Shown: positions 18,136-28,333, counted from the first letter of the stretch. The stretch is DNA of 64,000 nucleotides from Actinomycetota bacterium (GCA_002697535.1 NZWE01000008.1:5796-69795); one strand, 5' to 3'. Numbers and translations are program-made. Notes: generated from the letters alone by a model not told the origin.

Positions 18136-19356
18136 CTATCCAAAATCATCAAAATCTATCATTTCTTTTTCAACACCTATATTATCTAACATCTCCATGA
18201 CACATTTTAACATCATAGGCGGTCCACATAAATAATATTCTACTTCGGTAGGATCTTCATGAGTGTTCAAATAATTATCTAGTAAGGCTTGATGAATAAA
18301 ACCTGTCATCCCAGCCCAATTATCTTCGGGTAATGCATCAGATAAAGCTACATGATAGGAAAAACTAGGGTTTTCTTTTTCTAATTGCTTAAATTCATCA
18401 TCATAAAACATCTCTCTGGCTGATCGAGCCCCATACCAAAATGTTATTTTTCGTTTTGATTTAATTCTCTTCAATTGATCAAAAATATGACTCCTCATAG
18501 GTGCCATACCCGCTCCCCCTCCAATAAAGCACATCTCTCTCTCTGTTTCTTTCGCATAAAACTCTCCAAAGGGACCACTGGCTGTAATTTTGTCACCAGG
18601 CTTTAAATTAAAAATGTAAGTTGATCCAATTCCAGGAGGTACATCTAAACCAGGAGGTGGTGTTGCAATTCTAACGTTTAAATAGATCACACCTTTTTCT
18701 TCTGGATAATTTGCCATTGAATACGCTCTAAAAATTTCTTCATCATTTGATCCTTTAATATCCCATAATTTAAATTTATCCCAATCTTCACAGAATTCTT
18801 TCTCAACATCAAAATCTTTAAATGTACAATTAAATGGAGGAATATAAAGTTGAGCATATCCTCCTGCTCGAAAATCAACATCTACACCTTCTGGCAATTT
18901 TAATCGTAATTCTTTTATAAACGTCGCTACATTATGATTTGAAACTACCTCACATTCAAACTTCTTAATACTAAATATTTCATCAGGAATTTTTATTTTC
19001 ATATCATTTTTCACTTTTACCTGACATCCTAACCTAACATTTTCTTTTCGTTCACCTAATGTTAAATGAGGTAACTCTGTTGGCAAAATATCGCCACCAC
19101 CATCCTCTATTTGCAACTTACACATTGCACAGGTTCCACCCCCACCACATGCTGAAGGCAAAAACAAACCATTATTAGATAAGGCTGATAATAAGGTTGT
19201 TCCAGAGCTAACTGTAGGGCTCTTTTCTTCATCCCCATTTATGACTACCTTGCAATCACTACTACCAATAACATTTTTTTCCACAAGATATAAAAGTGTC
19301 ACTAACGACATAATAATTAATAACACAGTTAAGACACTTATAATGTAAATCATCAT
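18136..19356 (-). CDS. nqrF: Na+-translocating NADH:quinone oxidoreductase subunit F
   Basis: N-terminal TM helix, 2Fe-2S ferredoxin motif CGGGGTCAMCK, FAD motif RAYSMANYP, and an NAD-binding GGGAGMAP. Confidence 0.95.
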   Translation of the reverse strand: MMIYIISVLTVLLIIMSLVTLLYLVEKNVIGSSDCKVVINGDEEKSPTVSSGTTLLSALSNNGLFLPSACGGGGTCAMCKLQIEDGGGDILPTELPHLTLGERKENVRLGCQVKVKNDMKIKIPDEIFSIKKFECEVVSNHNVATFIKELRLKLPEGVDVDFRAGGYAQLYIPPFNCTFKDFDVEKEFCEDWDKFKLWDIKGSNDEEIFRAYSMANYPEEKGVIYLNVRIATPPPGLDVPPGIGSTYIFNLKPGDKITASGPFGEFYAKETEREMCFIGGGAGMAPMRSHIFDQLKRIKSKRKITFWYGARSAREMFYDDEFKQLEKENPSFSYHVALSDALPEDNWAGMTGFIHQALLDNYLNTHEDPTEVEYYLCGPPMMLKCVMEMLDNIGVEKEMIDFDDFG

Positions 19357-19967
19357 GTTAGTTTTATCCCTGCAAAAGCCATAAATGCCATGGCTATCAA
19401 CCCTGTAACCACCATATTAACGGCAAATCCATCTAAACCTTTTGGTAAATGAGCATACTTTAATTTTTGTAATACAGCTGAGAAACAAACAATCGCTAAA
19501 AACCAGCCAATCCCAGAACTAAAGCCAAAGACTACAGACTCTATAAATGTATAGGCTCTTTGTTCCATAAAAAGAGACGTTCCCAAAATTGCGCAGTTTA
19601 CAGCAATTAACGGTAAAAATATCCCTAATGATGTATATAATCCAGGACTAAACTTTTCCATAAGCATTTCAACTAACTGAACCTGAGATGCAATAACGGC
19701 TATAAATGCTATAAATACCAAAAAGCTTAAATCAGCTTCAGGAAACCCTAACCAAGCTAAGGCCCCAGGTCTTAAGAAAAAATGATTAATTGCCCAATTA
19801 ACAGGTGTTGTAATCGTTAATACAAAAATAACAGCAATACCTAGTCCAGTAGCTGTTTTAATATTTTTTGCACACCCAAGAAAAGAACACATTCCTAAAA
19901 ATAAGGCTAATAAAATATTATTAATAAAGATTGATTCAAGCGCTAAACTTGCTAAATGTGCTACCAT
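19353..19967 (-). CDS. nqrE: Na+-NQR subunit E
   Basis: 204-aa polytopic protein of the NqrE/RnfA type, in operon order between nqrD and nqrF. Confidence 0.9.
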   Translation of the reverse strand: MVAHLASLALESIFINNILLALFLGMCSFLGCAKNIKTATGLGIAVIFVLTITTPVNWAINHFFLRPGALAWLGFPEADLSFLVFIAFIAVIASQVQLVEMLMEKFSPGLYTSLGIFLPLIAVNCAILGTSLFMEQRAYTFIESVVFGFSSGIGWFLAIVCFSAVLQKLKYAHLPKGLDGFAVNMVVTGLIAMAFMAFAGIKLT

Positions 19968-19968
19968 C

Positions 19969-20598
19969 TTAATGCTCTACTCCTTGACCGGTAAATATAT
20001 TTTGTATCCATACCAATATACCAATTAATATAAAAGCTCCTGGTGCTAATAACATAAGTCCCATATCTACATAGCCTATTTGATATAAAAAATCAGGCAC
20101 AACTTTTATTCCAAACAAACTACCTGCTCCAAATAATTCTCTAAAAAAACCAACTACAATTAAGATATACCCATAGCCTAACCCATTTCCTAACCCATCC
20201 CAAAATGATAGCCAAGGTCCATTTGCTAAGGCAAAGGCTTCTGCTCTACCCATAATAATACAGTTTGTAATTATCAATCCGACAAAAACACTTAATTGTT
20301 TACTAACATCAAATAAAAATGCTTTTAATAACTGGTCCGCTAAAATAACTAATGATGAAACAACAACTAACTCTACAATAATTCGAATATTTTTAGGAAT
20401 AACATGCCTTAATATAGAAATAGTAATATTGGAAAATGTCAAAACAAATGTCATGGCTAAAACCATAATAATTGATGGAAAAATCTGTGTTGTAACAGCT
20501 AATGATGAACAAATTCCTAATATCGCAATTGATATTGGGTTCGCTTCAATTAAAGGCTTTTTAAATGTCTTATAAGCTTTTGATTTTAAAAAACTCAT
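19969..20598 (-). CDS. nqrD: Na+-NQR subunit D
   Basis: 209-aa polytopic protein of the NqrD/RnfE type (LGICSSLAVT, TNCIIMGRAEAFA). Confidence 0.9.
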   Translation of the reverse strand: MSFLKSKAYKTFKKPLIEANPISIAILGICSSLAVTTQIFPSIIMVLAMTFVLTFSNITISILRHVIPKNIRIIVELVVVSSLVILADQLLKAFLFDVSKQLSVFVGLIITNCIIMGRAEAFALANGPWLSFWDGLGNGLGYGYILIVVGFFRELFGAGSLFGIKVVPDFLYQIGYVDMGLMLLAPGAFILIGILVWIQNIFTGQGVEH

Positions 20599-21284
20599 TA
20601 TCCTTTTCTCCTTAATCGTTTTGCAAATGTTTCATAAGCTGATAAATCTTTACGTAAATAATCTTCTATTCCTTTACTTGTTATAGTCGCTCCACTCATC
20701 CCGTCTACATAATTTTTCTCTTTAATCTTACTAAAACCTTTATCAGCTACTTTTCCTTTAACGACACCAATTGAAACAAATTTTCCATTTATGTCTGTTA
20801 TTTTTTTACCAATAAATTGATCTTGAAACCATGGTTTTTCACATTCGCCTCCAAGCCCCGGTGTCTCTCCATGACTATACACCGTAAACCCCACAATTGA
20901 ATCTCCATCTCCATTAAAAGCAATATATCCATACATCCAACTCCATAATCCATAGGCTTTAAATGGTACCGCATATGTCTTTATGTTACTTGCATCTCCA
21001 ACTAAAAAAAGCGCTCTAGCTGTTTCTTCTTCTGTTAAATTCCCCTCACTATCTAAATAAAATTCTTTTACATTACCATTATAGTTCTCTTTAATTTCAT
21101 CACCCGTATATTTCTTATCTTTACTAATTAAATTTAGGGCTTTTAATATATTTTTTTGTCTATCAATTAATTTATTTTCATCTTGCCTTTCTTTTAATCC
21201 AACAGAGGCTGCTGTTAACGCAATGCTACAACAGACACACATAATAATCGCAAATCGAAATGTTTTTTGAGCTTCAGACAACAT
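20598..21284 (-). CDS. nqrC: Na+-NQR subunit C
   Basis: Single N-terminal TM helix and the covalent-FMN site DGMSGATITS. Confidence 0.9.
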   Translation of the reverse strand: MLSEAQKTFRFAIIMCVCCSIALTAASVGLKERQDENKLIDRQKNILKALNLISKDKKYTGDEIKENYNGNVKEFYLDSEGNLTEEETARALFLVGDASNIKTYAVPFKAYGLWSWMYGYIAFNGDGDSIVGFTVYSHGETPGLGGECEKPWFQDQFIGKKITDINGKFVSIGVVKGKVADKGFSKIKEKNYVDGMSGATITSKGIEDYLRKDLSAYETFAKRLRRKG

Positions 21285-22461
21285 TAGGAATCCTTTTCTT
21301 TATCTTCATAGAAATCACAACATGATCAATTAAAGGTGCAAATACATTCATTAATAAAATTGCTAACATCCAACCTTCTGGATAAGCCGGATTAATAACT
21401 CGAATAATAATGCCCAATATTCCTATTAAAAACCCATAAATAAATCGTGATATTTCTAAACTTGGTGATGATACTGGATCGGTTGCCATAAAGACCGTGG
21501 CAAAAGCAAAACTTCCAATCGACATTTGCCAAATGGGTGATAAACCTAAAAATGGATTACTTGATGGGCCTGCTATCAGATTAAATATCAATGTCATTAA
21601 GGTTGCACCAAGCACACTCCCAATCATTGTTCGCCAACTTCCTACCCCTGTAATAATTAAAAATATCGCTCCAAATAAAATTAAGGGAACACTTGTCTCC
21701 CCTATACTTCCAGGAATTAATCCAATAAAACTTTTTTCTAAACTAAATCCCGCATTAGTTAATACTTCACTTGCTTTCATGGGAGCTTCTGTCGCTGCGG
21801 CTACAGCTAACGCTGTGGCTCCACTCCATCCATCAACTATTTGATCTTTACTTTTTAAAATTGATGTCCATACTTCACCACTAATATAAGCAGGGTATGT
21901 AAAAAACACAAAAGCTCTTGCTGTTAAAGCTGGATTTAAAAAATTTCGTCCAGATCCCCCAAATACTTCTTTTCCAACAATCACACCAAAGGCTATCCCA
22001 ACCCCAGCCTGCCATAAAGGCAAGGTTGCAGGCAATGTTAATGGATACAAAATACCGGTCACTAAAAAACCTTCATTAATTTCATGTTTTCTTATAATTG
22101 CAAATAATAGCTCAATCGTTCCTCCAACAGCATACGACACCAAAATTAATGGTAAAACAAGCTTTGAACCTGTTAATAAAACAGGTATTAAATCCAATGA
22201 TAAACCAACAGCTTTATGTGCTTGATATCCTGAATTATAAATACCAAAAAGAATACAAGGTGTTAATGCCGCCATTACCATACTCATAAATCGTTTTGTA
22301 TCTAATGAATCTCTAATATGAACACTTGACTGTGTCGTTTCTTTAACACTAAATAAAAAACTTGCTCCTGCTTCATACAAAGGATAAAGTTTTTCAAACT
22401 TACCACCTTTCACAAAGTGTTTTTCTTGCTCATTTAAGAAATCTGCTAATTTTTTTATCAT
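21274..22461 (-). CDS. nqrB: Na+-NQR subunit B
   Basis: Polytopic, 395 aa, with the FMN attachment motif GWSGATALA. Confidence 0.92.
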   Translation of the reverse strand: MIKKLADFLNEQEKHFVKGGKFEKLYPLYEAGASFLFSVKETTQSSVHIRDSLDTKRFMSMVMAALTPCILFGIYNSGYQAHKAVGLSLDLIPVLLTGSKLVLPLILVSYAVGGTIELLFAIIRKHEINEGFLVTGILYPLTLPATLPLWQAGVGIAFGVIVGKEVFGGSGRNFLNPALTARAFVFFTYPAYISGEVWTSILKSKDQIVDGWSGATALAVAAATEAPMKASEVLTNAGFSLEKSFIGLIPGSIGETSVPLILFGAIFLIITGVGSWRTMIGSVLGATLMTLIFNLIAGPSSNPFLGLSPIWQMSIGSFAFATVFMATDPVSSPSLEISRFIYGFLIGILGIIIRVINPAYPEGWMLAILLMNVFAPLIDHVVISMKIKKRIPNVV

Positions 22462-23810
22462 TATTTTCCAACTTCCTTTGCAATTATATTTTTTGCATTG
22501 GTTACAATCTCATCTAATTCAATTTTGGATGGACATACATAGGTACATAATCCGCACTCTACACAATCTAATACCCCTTGCTCCATCGCAGTCTCAATAT
22601 CATTTACATTTAAATTTTTCATTGTTACTTGAGGATACGTTTCTACAGGGCATACTGCTACACAAGATCCACATGATATACACGCTCGGTGTCCTCCATT
22701 AAGCGATGTATTCATTTCCCATTCTTTATCTTTTAATAAGGCAGACATATAGGTTCTAGAAACCGTTGGTCTATGAAATCCGGGTTTAAAAAAATGTAAA
22801 AATTCCTGTTCTCTTCCTTCTGGTAATACTTGCAATGCAAAATCTCTATAGCTAACGTAATCTTCCTTGTCTATTTTCTGTCCTGTTAATGCGCCTCCGG
22901 CAATAATTCTAATCTTGCTAAAATCGTCTATTCCCTTTAATACAGCTTCTACCGGTATTCCATCTTGAACCCAAGCATAGCAAGCATCTTTTAAGATATT
23001 ACCCGAAACGGTTATCAATCGCTTATTTGGATAAACCCCAGACTCTAACAACATCCCTATACGAATAACATCTTGAGCTTTAATTCCCCATGATTTATTT
23101 TCATCTGATGATGTTTTATTGTAATAAAGTAAAACACCTGGATCATTAGCAGGATAATCCCCCACTAATTGATGCGTCGCTTCTTTCCTGACGGAAGGAT
23201 CATTGACTTTACAATTAACTGACATTCCTAAATATGTTTTTTTACAAATACGCTTAATTGCACTTAAACCTGTTAAAAACTCAGATTCATGCCCTTTTAT
23301 AAACATATGCGATTCGGGTAAAAAAGGTTCATCATTATCTAACCCAACATAAATCGAAGGCGGGATTTCATCTTTATCAGGAGCTCTATTAAATGGATAT
23401 TCAAGAAATGAAGACCATAATCCTCCTTTCTGAATTATTGATCTAATATCTGCTACTGATTTTTCTTTAATATCATTGATTGAAAGTGGATCACATATTT
23501 TTTCTTTTTCGTCTTTATTATCTGACGTAATAACAATGGCTTTAATAATGCGTTTATCCCCATAAATTATCTCTTTAATAGTCCCACTTACAGGTGATAA
23601 AAACTCATTAACTTCATTTTTTTTATCAAAAAATAAACGCGATCCTATTTTTACGGCATCTCCAATTTTAACAACTACTTTAGGTTTTATATATTTAACT
23701 CGTGAAGGGGCTACTCCATACTCTTCTGATTGTGTAATATCAACAATCTTTTCTTCAGGACTACCTGCTATTTTTAATTTATATGTATTCTTTACGTTAA
23801 TTTTTTTCAT
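22461..23810 (-). CDS. nqrA: Na+-NQR subunit A, retaining two complete 4Fe-4S ferredoxin-type Cys motifs
   Basis: First gene of the nqr operon, 449 aa, with an NqrA-like GGLWSSFLEYPFNRAP region and no RnfC GGAGFP motif. The C-terminus carries CISCGSCVAVCP and CVECGLCTYVCP. Confidence 0.85.
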   Translation of the reverse strand: MKKINVKNTYKLKIAGSPEEKIVDITQSEEYGVAPSRVKYIKPKVVVKIGDAVKIGSRLFFDKKNEVNEFLSPVSGTIKEIIYGDKRIIKAIVITSDNKDEKEKICDPLSINDIKEKSVADIRSIIQKGGLWSSFLEYPFNRAPDKDEIPPSIYVGLDNDEPFLPESHMFIKGHESEFLTGLSAIKRICKKTYLGMSVNCKVNDPSVRKEATHQLVGDYPANDPGVLLYYNKTSSDENKSWGIKAQDVIRIGMLLESGVYPNKRLITVSGNILKDACYAWVQDGIPVEAVLKGIDDFSKIRIIAGGALTGQKIDKEDYVSYRDFALQVLPEGREQEFLHFFKPGFHRPTVSRTYMSALLKDKEWEMNTSLNGGHRACISCGSCVAVCPVETYPQVTMKNLNVNDIETAMEQGVLDCVECGLCTYVCPSKIELDEIVTNAKNIIAKEVGK

Positions 23811-23901
23811 ATTTTTTTTTGACTATAATTAGGTTTAATTTTTAAATTAGCTATTAATAATATTCGATTTATCTTTGTGCGTAAATATTATTTTTTTTCA
23901 C

Positions 23902-24189
23902 TTACTTTTCTAGCTCTACCTCATAATTCAAAATAAAGGCAAAACTAGCACAAAAACCAATTAATCCTGGAGCAAATAATAAAAATATAAATCCTACATT
24001 TAATGGGAATGTCGCTATAATTTTTCCATTACTATTTTTTATATTAATTTGAATTGCATTACTTTTTTTTAAAAACTTCTTGATCTGTTCTTTGCGAAAT
24101 GACAGTCTCTTATCTAAATTTAGTTTATTTAAATTAATTTCATCAGACATTACAAATTCATTATATGATCTGTCTATATCATGTGACAA
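23902..24189 (-). CDS. small hypothetical membrane protein
   Basis: 95 aa with a C-terminal hydrophobic hairpin (FIFLLFAPGLIGFCASFAFIL). Fills the gap between rlmN and nqrA on the same strand. Confidence 0.4.
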   Translation of the reverse strand: MSHDIDRSYNEFVMSDEINLNKLNLDKRLSFRKEQIKKFLKKSNAIQINIKNSNGKIIATFPLNVGFIFLLFAPGLIGFCASFAFILNYEVELEK

Positions 24190-24198
24190 TAGATAATT

Positions 24199-25233
24199 TT
24201 AGTTCAAATAACTTTCACCTAATTGACCACAAGCAGCTGTAATATCCTGTCCTTTTTTGTATCGAATTGTTACAGCACATTTTTGCTTTTTTATCACGGA
24301 CTGAATAGCATGTATTTTATCGATACTCACCGGTTTATAAGGTATTTTTTTATGAGGGTTTAAGTTAATTAAGTTTATTTTTGCATTTAAATATTTGGCT
24401 AAATTTATCAGTGATTTAATATCATAATCGGTATCATTAACCCCTTCTAGCAAGGTATATTCCAGTGTTAATTTGCGATTGTGTTGTGATTGATATTCTT
24501 TTAAGACTTTTACAAAGTCTACAATGGGATTTCTTTTTTCAACAGGCATTATCCGTTCACGCTTTATGGGATCTGCGGACCCAACCGAAAATGCTAAATT
24601 AACAACTCTATCGTGCTTCTTTAAATATTCAATTCCTTTAATAAATCCCGAGGTTGATACGGTAATATTTCTCTTTGAGATATTATATAGTTTTGGATGG
24701 GTAAGCATATCAATTGCTTTAAATACCTGATCTGCATTTAACAAAGGTTCTCCCATTCCCATAAACACAATATTAGTGATGGGTTGATTAATTGAAAACG
24801 CATAAACAACTTGCTTCACAATCTCAGAAGCTGTTAATTGCCTCTTAAATCCAACAACTCCCGTTAAACAAAACTTACAATCAACCGGACATCCACACTG
24901 AGATGATATGCATAACGTATTATAGTTTTTTTCTTTTAAGACAACACATTCTAAAAAGTTTCCATCCTCTAATACACAACTGCTTTTAATAGCATTTTCT
25001 TCTTCTGATGTTACCGATTGAACATTCTTAAATATGTTAAAATCAATATGCTCAGCTAAAACAGCCTGATTTTTTTTGGAAATATTTTTCATCTTATCTA
25101 TGCTTAGTTGATGTTTTTTATATACCCAATCTAATACCTGATCTGCGATGTATTTAGGTAGCCCTAAACCAACACAGTATTCCTTTAACTCATCTATATC
25201 CATTTCAAAAATAGATTTTTTTTGCTTGTTCAT
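24199..25233 (-). CDS. rlmN: 23S rRNA/tRNA (adenine-C2)-methyltransferase, radical SAM
   Basis: Radical SAM motif CGCPVDCKFCLTG, MGMGEPL, and the C-terminal catalytic Cys context ITAACGQL. Confidence 0.9.
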   Translation of the reverse strand: MNKQKKSIFEMDIDELKEYCVGLGLPKYIADQVLDWVYKKHQLSIDKMKNISKKNQAVLAEHIDFNIFKNVQSVTSEEENAIKSSCVLEDGNFLECVVLKEKNYNTLCISSQCGCPVDCKFCLTGVVGFKRQLTASEIVKQVVYAFSINQPITNIVFMGMGEPLLNADQVFKAIDMLTHPKLYNISKRNITVSTSGFIKGIEYLKKHDRVVNLAFSVGSADPIKRERIMPVEKRNPIVDFVKVLKEYQSQHNRKLTLEYTLLEGVNDTDYDIKSLINLAKYLNAKINLINLNPHKKIPYKPVSIDKIHAIQSVIKKQKCAVTIRYKKGQDITAACGQLGESYLN

Positions 25234-25292
25234 ACTTACTTCCTTGCTAGGCAGTGTATGTTAAATATTACTATCTGACTAGAGGATTACGC

Positions 25293-25520
25293 TTATCCTG
25301 GAGATTGAATAAATGGCTCTGGCTCCCCTTGGTCACTATCAGCTGTTTGATTATCCTCCTGCGATACTTCCACAGACTGTCTATTTTGGTTTGATTGAGT
25401 GGTGGCCTTTTCAAAAGCTTCACTGGGCTCTGATACATAGTCTTCTTTCTTCTTCGACTGCCCGAATAAAGCAGCAATCAGTGAGGATGCAAATATTAGC
25501 TTAATTAATTTTGAAAACAT
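25293..25520 (-). CDS. small secreted acidic protein (hypothetical)
   Basis: 75 aa. Signal-peptide-like N-terminus MFSKLIKLIFASSLIAALFG, then a polar/acidic tail. Preferred over two overlapping ORFs in other frames that lack such features. Confidence 0.4.
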   Translation of the reverse strand: MFSKLIKLIFASSLIAALFGQSKKKEDYVSEPSEAFEKATTQSNQNRQSVEVSQEDNQTADSDQGEPEPFIQSPG

Positions 25521-25719
25521 AATTACTATGTAATTGTATCATACATTTTAGGTTTTGATCTATTTTCAACTACTGTCATCTAATTTTTTACATGTCACAG
25601 TTCATTATTAACTCTTGGATATGCTTTCATAATTTATTTTAAAACTTTACTATTGGTTTGCTACTGTTTTCTATATTATAATGTTTTTTGCAAAATTTTT
25701 TATATTCAAAGGAATTATT

Positions 25720-26757
25720 ATGACAGCTACCCACTATAACCAGTCTGAACTTGAAGATTCTATTAATAATCTTTCTACTAATCTTTGTAACATTAGTACG
25801 GATGAGCAATTAAATTTTTTACAAAACAGTCTGACCAGCTTAACTAATCTTCAAGCGGGTGATCCTGAATTAAGTGATATGAACTTGATTCAAAAAGCAA
25901 TTGATGAACTTGTTCAATCTTTTCTTTTATTCAAAGATTATCGTGACACAAGAAAAGTAACTATTTTTGGCTCTTCTCGTACAGAACCAAAAAACCCAAA
26001 TTATACACTAACAGAAGAAACGGCTAAACAACTTGTTGAATCAGGCATGCTAGTTATTACGGGTGCCGGTCCAGGCATTATGGAAGCTGGTAACAAAGGA
26101 GCCGGTGAAGGAAATAGCTTTGGCCTTCATATTATTCTTCCTTTTGAACAAAAACCTAATGAGTATATCTATAATTCTGAAAAAATGATTCCTTATAATT
26201 ATTTTTTTACTAGGAAATTAATTTTTGTTAAAGAATCGGATGCCTTTGTTTTATTTCCTGGAGGATTTGGTACTCAGGATGAAGCATTTGAAGTTCTGAC
26301 ACTTATGCAAACAGGGAGATGTTCTCCTAGACCGTTTATTATTATTAACCATGATAATAGTACCTACTGGGAAGAATGGAAAACATATGTTCATACACAC
26401 CTTTTAGATAAAAATTATATCTCTCCTGAAGATATGAATCTTATCAAAATTTTAAAATCGTCTACTGAAGTAGCCAGTTGTATTAATCACTTTTATTCTA
26501 CTTATCATTCTATTCGATATATCGATAAAACCACATGTATTCGACTTAACAGCCCTCTTTCAGAAGCAACTGTGAATCAGTTAAATGATACATTTCCACA
26601 TTTATTAGATTCCGGACGGTTTGAACTTTCTGATAATACCTGTTTTCCCAAAGAGGAATCTCTTTATCCTGATAAACAACGATTACTATTTAATTTTAAC
26701 CATAAAAGTTATGGCGGTTTAATATCCTTAATTGATTATATTAATGATAACGCGTAA
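25720..26757 (+). CDS. LOG/TIGR00730-family nucleotide-binding protein (PpnN-like nucleotide 5'-monophosphate nucleosidase)
   Basis: VTIFGSSR, ITGAGPGIMEAGNKGA and PGGFGTQDEAFE motifs. Has N- and C-terminal extensions as in the long PpnN-type members. The start is placed at the ATG at 25720, which follows AAAGGA; the track's 25681 is an alternative. Confidence 0.75.
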   Translation: MTATHYNQSELEDSINNLSTNLCNISTDEQLNFLQNSLTSLTNLQAGDPELSDMNLIQKAIDELVQSFLLFKDYRDTRKVTIFGSSRTEPKNPNYTLTEETAKQLVESGMLVITGAGPGIMEAGNKGAGEGNSFGLHIILPFEQKPNEYIYNSEKMIPYNYFFTRKLIFVKESDAFVLFPGGFGTQDEAFEVLTLMQTGRCSPRPFIIINHDNSTYWEEWKTYVHTHLLDKNYISPEDMNLIKILKSSTEVASCINHFYSTYHSIRYIDKTTCIRLNSPLSEATVNQLNDTFPHLLDSGRFELSDNTCFPKEESLYPDKQRLLFNFNHKSYGGLISLIDYINDNA

Positions 26758-26777
26758 TTATATTTAAAGGAGTATTT

Positions 26778-27395
26778 ATGTCACAATTATTATCTCAAGG
26801 TGGGCCTATTGTTATTTTGTTACTTGCTTGCTCAATTACAGGGGTTTATATTATTGCTCAAAAAATTTTATTTTTTAAATTCCATTTTTTTCAATTTAAT
26901 AAAACCATTCAAATTGTTAAAGATAGACTGATTTCTTTTGGAACAAAAGAAACCTTGCTATATTTTAGATCTGACAGGACGATTCCTGTAAATATTTTAA
27001 TATCCTCCATTAAATTACATAATCGTAATCGTGATGAAATTCAAGATGGTATTCGAGAATCTCTTTATAACCAAATTCCAAAACTTGAGTTTATGATGCC
27101 AATTTTATCAAGTATTATTACAGCGGCTCCTATTTTAGGTCTTACAGGAACAGTGTTAGGTCTAATGGATATTTTTAATGTTATATCAGGAGGATCTATA
27201 GGTGACTCTCAAGCATTATCTGCCGGTATTGCTAAAGCACTAGTTACCACCGTTATGGGTTTAATCATCACACTTCCGTTTGTATTCTTTTATCAATATT
27301 TTTCACAAAAAATTGAACATAGCTTGCTAGAACTTGAACGTATTAGTTATGAAATCATCCATTTTTGCCAGTCTAATGAGTCGATCAAACATTAA
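26778..27395 (+). CDS. exbB: MotA/TolQ/ExbB-family proton channel
   Basis: 205 aa, three TM helices. PILGLTGTVLGLMDIF and IAKALVTTVMGLIITLP motifs. Preceded by AAAGGAG. Confidence 0.85.
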   Translation: MSQLLSQGGPIVILLLACSITGVYIIAQKILFFKFHFFQFNKTIQIVKDRLISFGTKETLLYFRSDRTIPVNILISSIKLHNRNRDEIQDGIRESLYNQIPKLEFMMPILSSIITAAPILGLTGTVLGLMDIFNVISGGSIGDSQALSAGIAKALVTTVMGLIITLPFVFFYQYFSQKIEHSLLELERISYEIIHFCQSNESIKH

Positions 27396-27398
27396 CCA

Positions 27399-27806
27399 AT
27401 GTTAATAAAGTACAGAAAAAAAAATATTACTAATGTTGAGTTAGCGCCATTAATTGATATTGTATTTATCCTGCTCATCTTTTTTGCCGTTAGCTCTAGT
27501 TTAATTTCAAATAACCAATCTATTCCCCTTGATCTTCCCACAGCATCTAGTAGTGAAACTAATGCTCCTGATATTATTATTTCTGTCAAAAAAAATCGAG
27601 ACATTTATATTGATTCTCAAAAAATTAGTTTTGCACAAATCCCCCCACTCATTATTCAAGCTATGTCTCAAAACCCAACTACTCAAATTATTATTAATGC
27701 TGATAAAAAGTTAGATTATGGATTTATTATATCGTTACTGGATAAAATTAGATTATCAGGATGCTCTAATATAGCGCTACAGGTTGAAAAAAAGATCTAT
27801 AAATAA
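27399..27806 (+). CDS. exbD: ExbD/TolR-family protein
   Basis: 135 aa. The N-terminal motif ELAPLIDIVFILLIFFAV is typical of ExbD/TolR. Confidence 0.85.
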   Translation: MLIKYRKKNITNVELAPLIDIVFILLIFFAVSSSLISNNQSIPLDLPTASSSETNAPDIIISVKKNRDIYIDSQKISFAQIPPLIIQAMSQNPTTQIIINADKKLDYGFIISLLDKIRLSGCSNIALQVEKKIYK

Positions 27807-27814
27807 TATCTAGT

Positions 27815-28333
27815 ATGCTAAATGACCATAAAATAAATCGTATTTCTTTATTTTTTAGTATTATTATCCATGTTGGCTTAGTGATCTTTTCTTTAATTAT
27901 GCTTTCTAATCCTATTGAAATTTCCCATGATCTACCTCCTGTTCCCATTGAATTTTCAATAAAAGAAATCATTATTCAAAAAACGATATCAAAACCTACT
28001 ATACAAAAACCGCCACCCATCACCAAACCATCTAAAGCGCCTCCCGCTAAATCGAACGATGATCGCCAAAAACCTTTGCTAGAATCACATAAAGATCCTT
28101 ATTATCCTAAAGAAGCTATTAACTTCTCTTTGGAAGGTACTGTTGTTGTTAATGTACTAGTAAATACCCAAGGACGTGTATCTGATGTTACGATTGTTAA
28201 GAGTTCTGGCCATACTATCCTTGATGAATCTTTTATATCAACGATAAAATCTACTTATATATTTAAACCTAAACACATTGATGGAGTTAATGTGATTGAT
28301 ACCGTTACTCTATCACATACATTTAGCTTATGA
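27815..28333 (+). CDS. TonB/TolA-like energy transducer
   Basis: N-terminal TM anchor, a proline-rich spacer (KPPPITKPSKAPPAK) and a TonB_C-like domain (YPKEAINFSLEGTVVVNVLVNTQGRVSDVTIVKSSGH). Confidence 0.7.
   Translation: MLNDHKINRISLFFSIIIHVGLVIFSLIMLSNPIEISHDLPPVPIEFSIKEIIIQKTISKPTIQKPPPITKPSKAPPAKSNDDRQKPLLESHKDPYYPKEAINFSLEGTVVVNVLVNTQGRVSDVTIVKSSGHTILDESFISTIKSTYIFKPKHIDGVNVIDTVTLSHTFSL

Noticed and set aside
21497-21844. 115-aa plus-strand ORF inside nqrB, and similar track ORFs at 22098..22289, 22478..22702, 18687..18881 and 24524..24730
   Set aside because: They lie antisense or out of frame within strongly supported genes (nqrB, nqrA, nqrF, rlmN). They have no motifs and no RBS context.
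22461-23810. Re-calling the first nqr gene as rnfC, and the locus as Rnf, because of the two 4Fe-4S motifs
   Set aside because: The last gene of the operon is an unmistakable NqrF (2Fe-2S, FAD and NAD domains) rather than RnfB. apbE follows. The protein also lacks the RnfC GGAGFP-type nucleotide motif. I kept the nqrA call and reported the Fe-S motifs as a finding.
25271-25504. ORFs 25271..25477 (-) and 25313..25504 (+), which overlap the small secreted-protein ORF
   Set aside because: Three ORFs compete for the same DNA. Only 25293..25520 (-) has a coherent signal-peptide-plus-polar-tail architecture. Even that call has low confidence.
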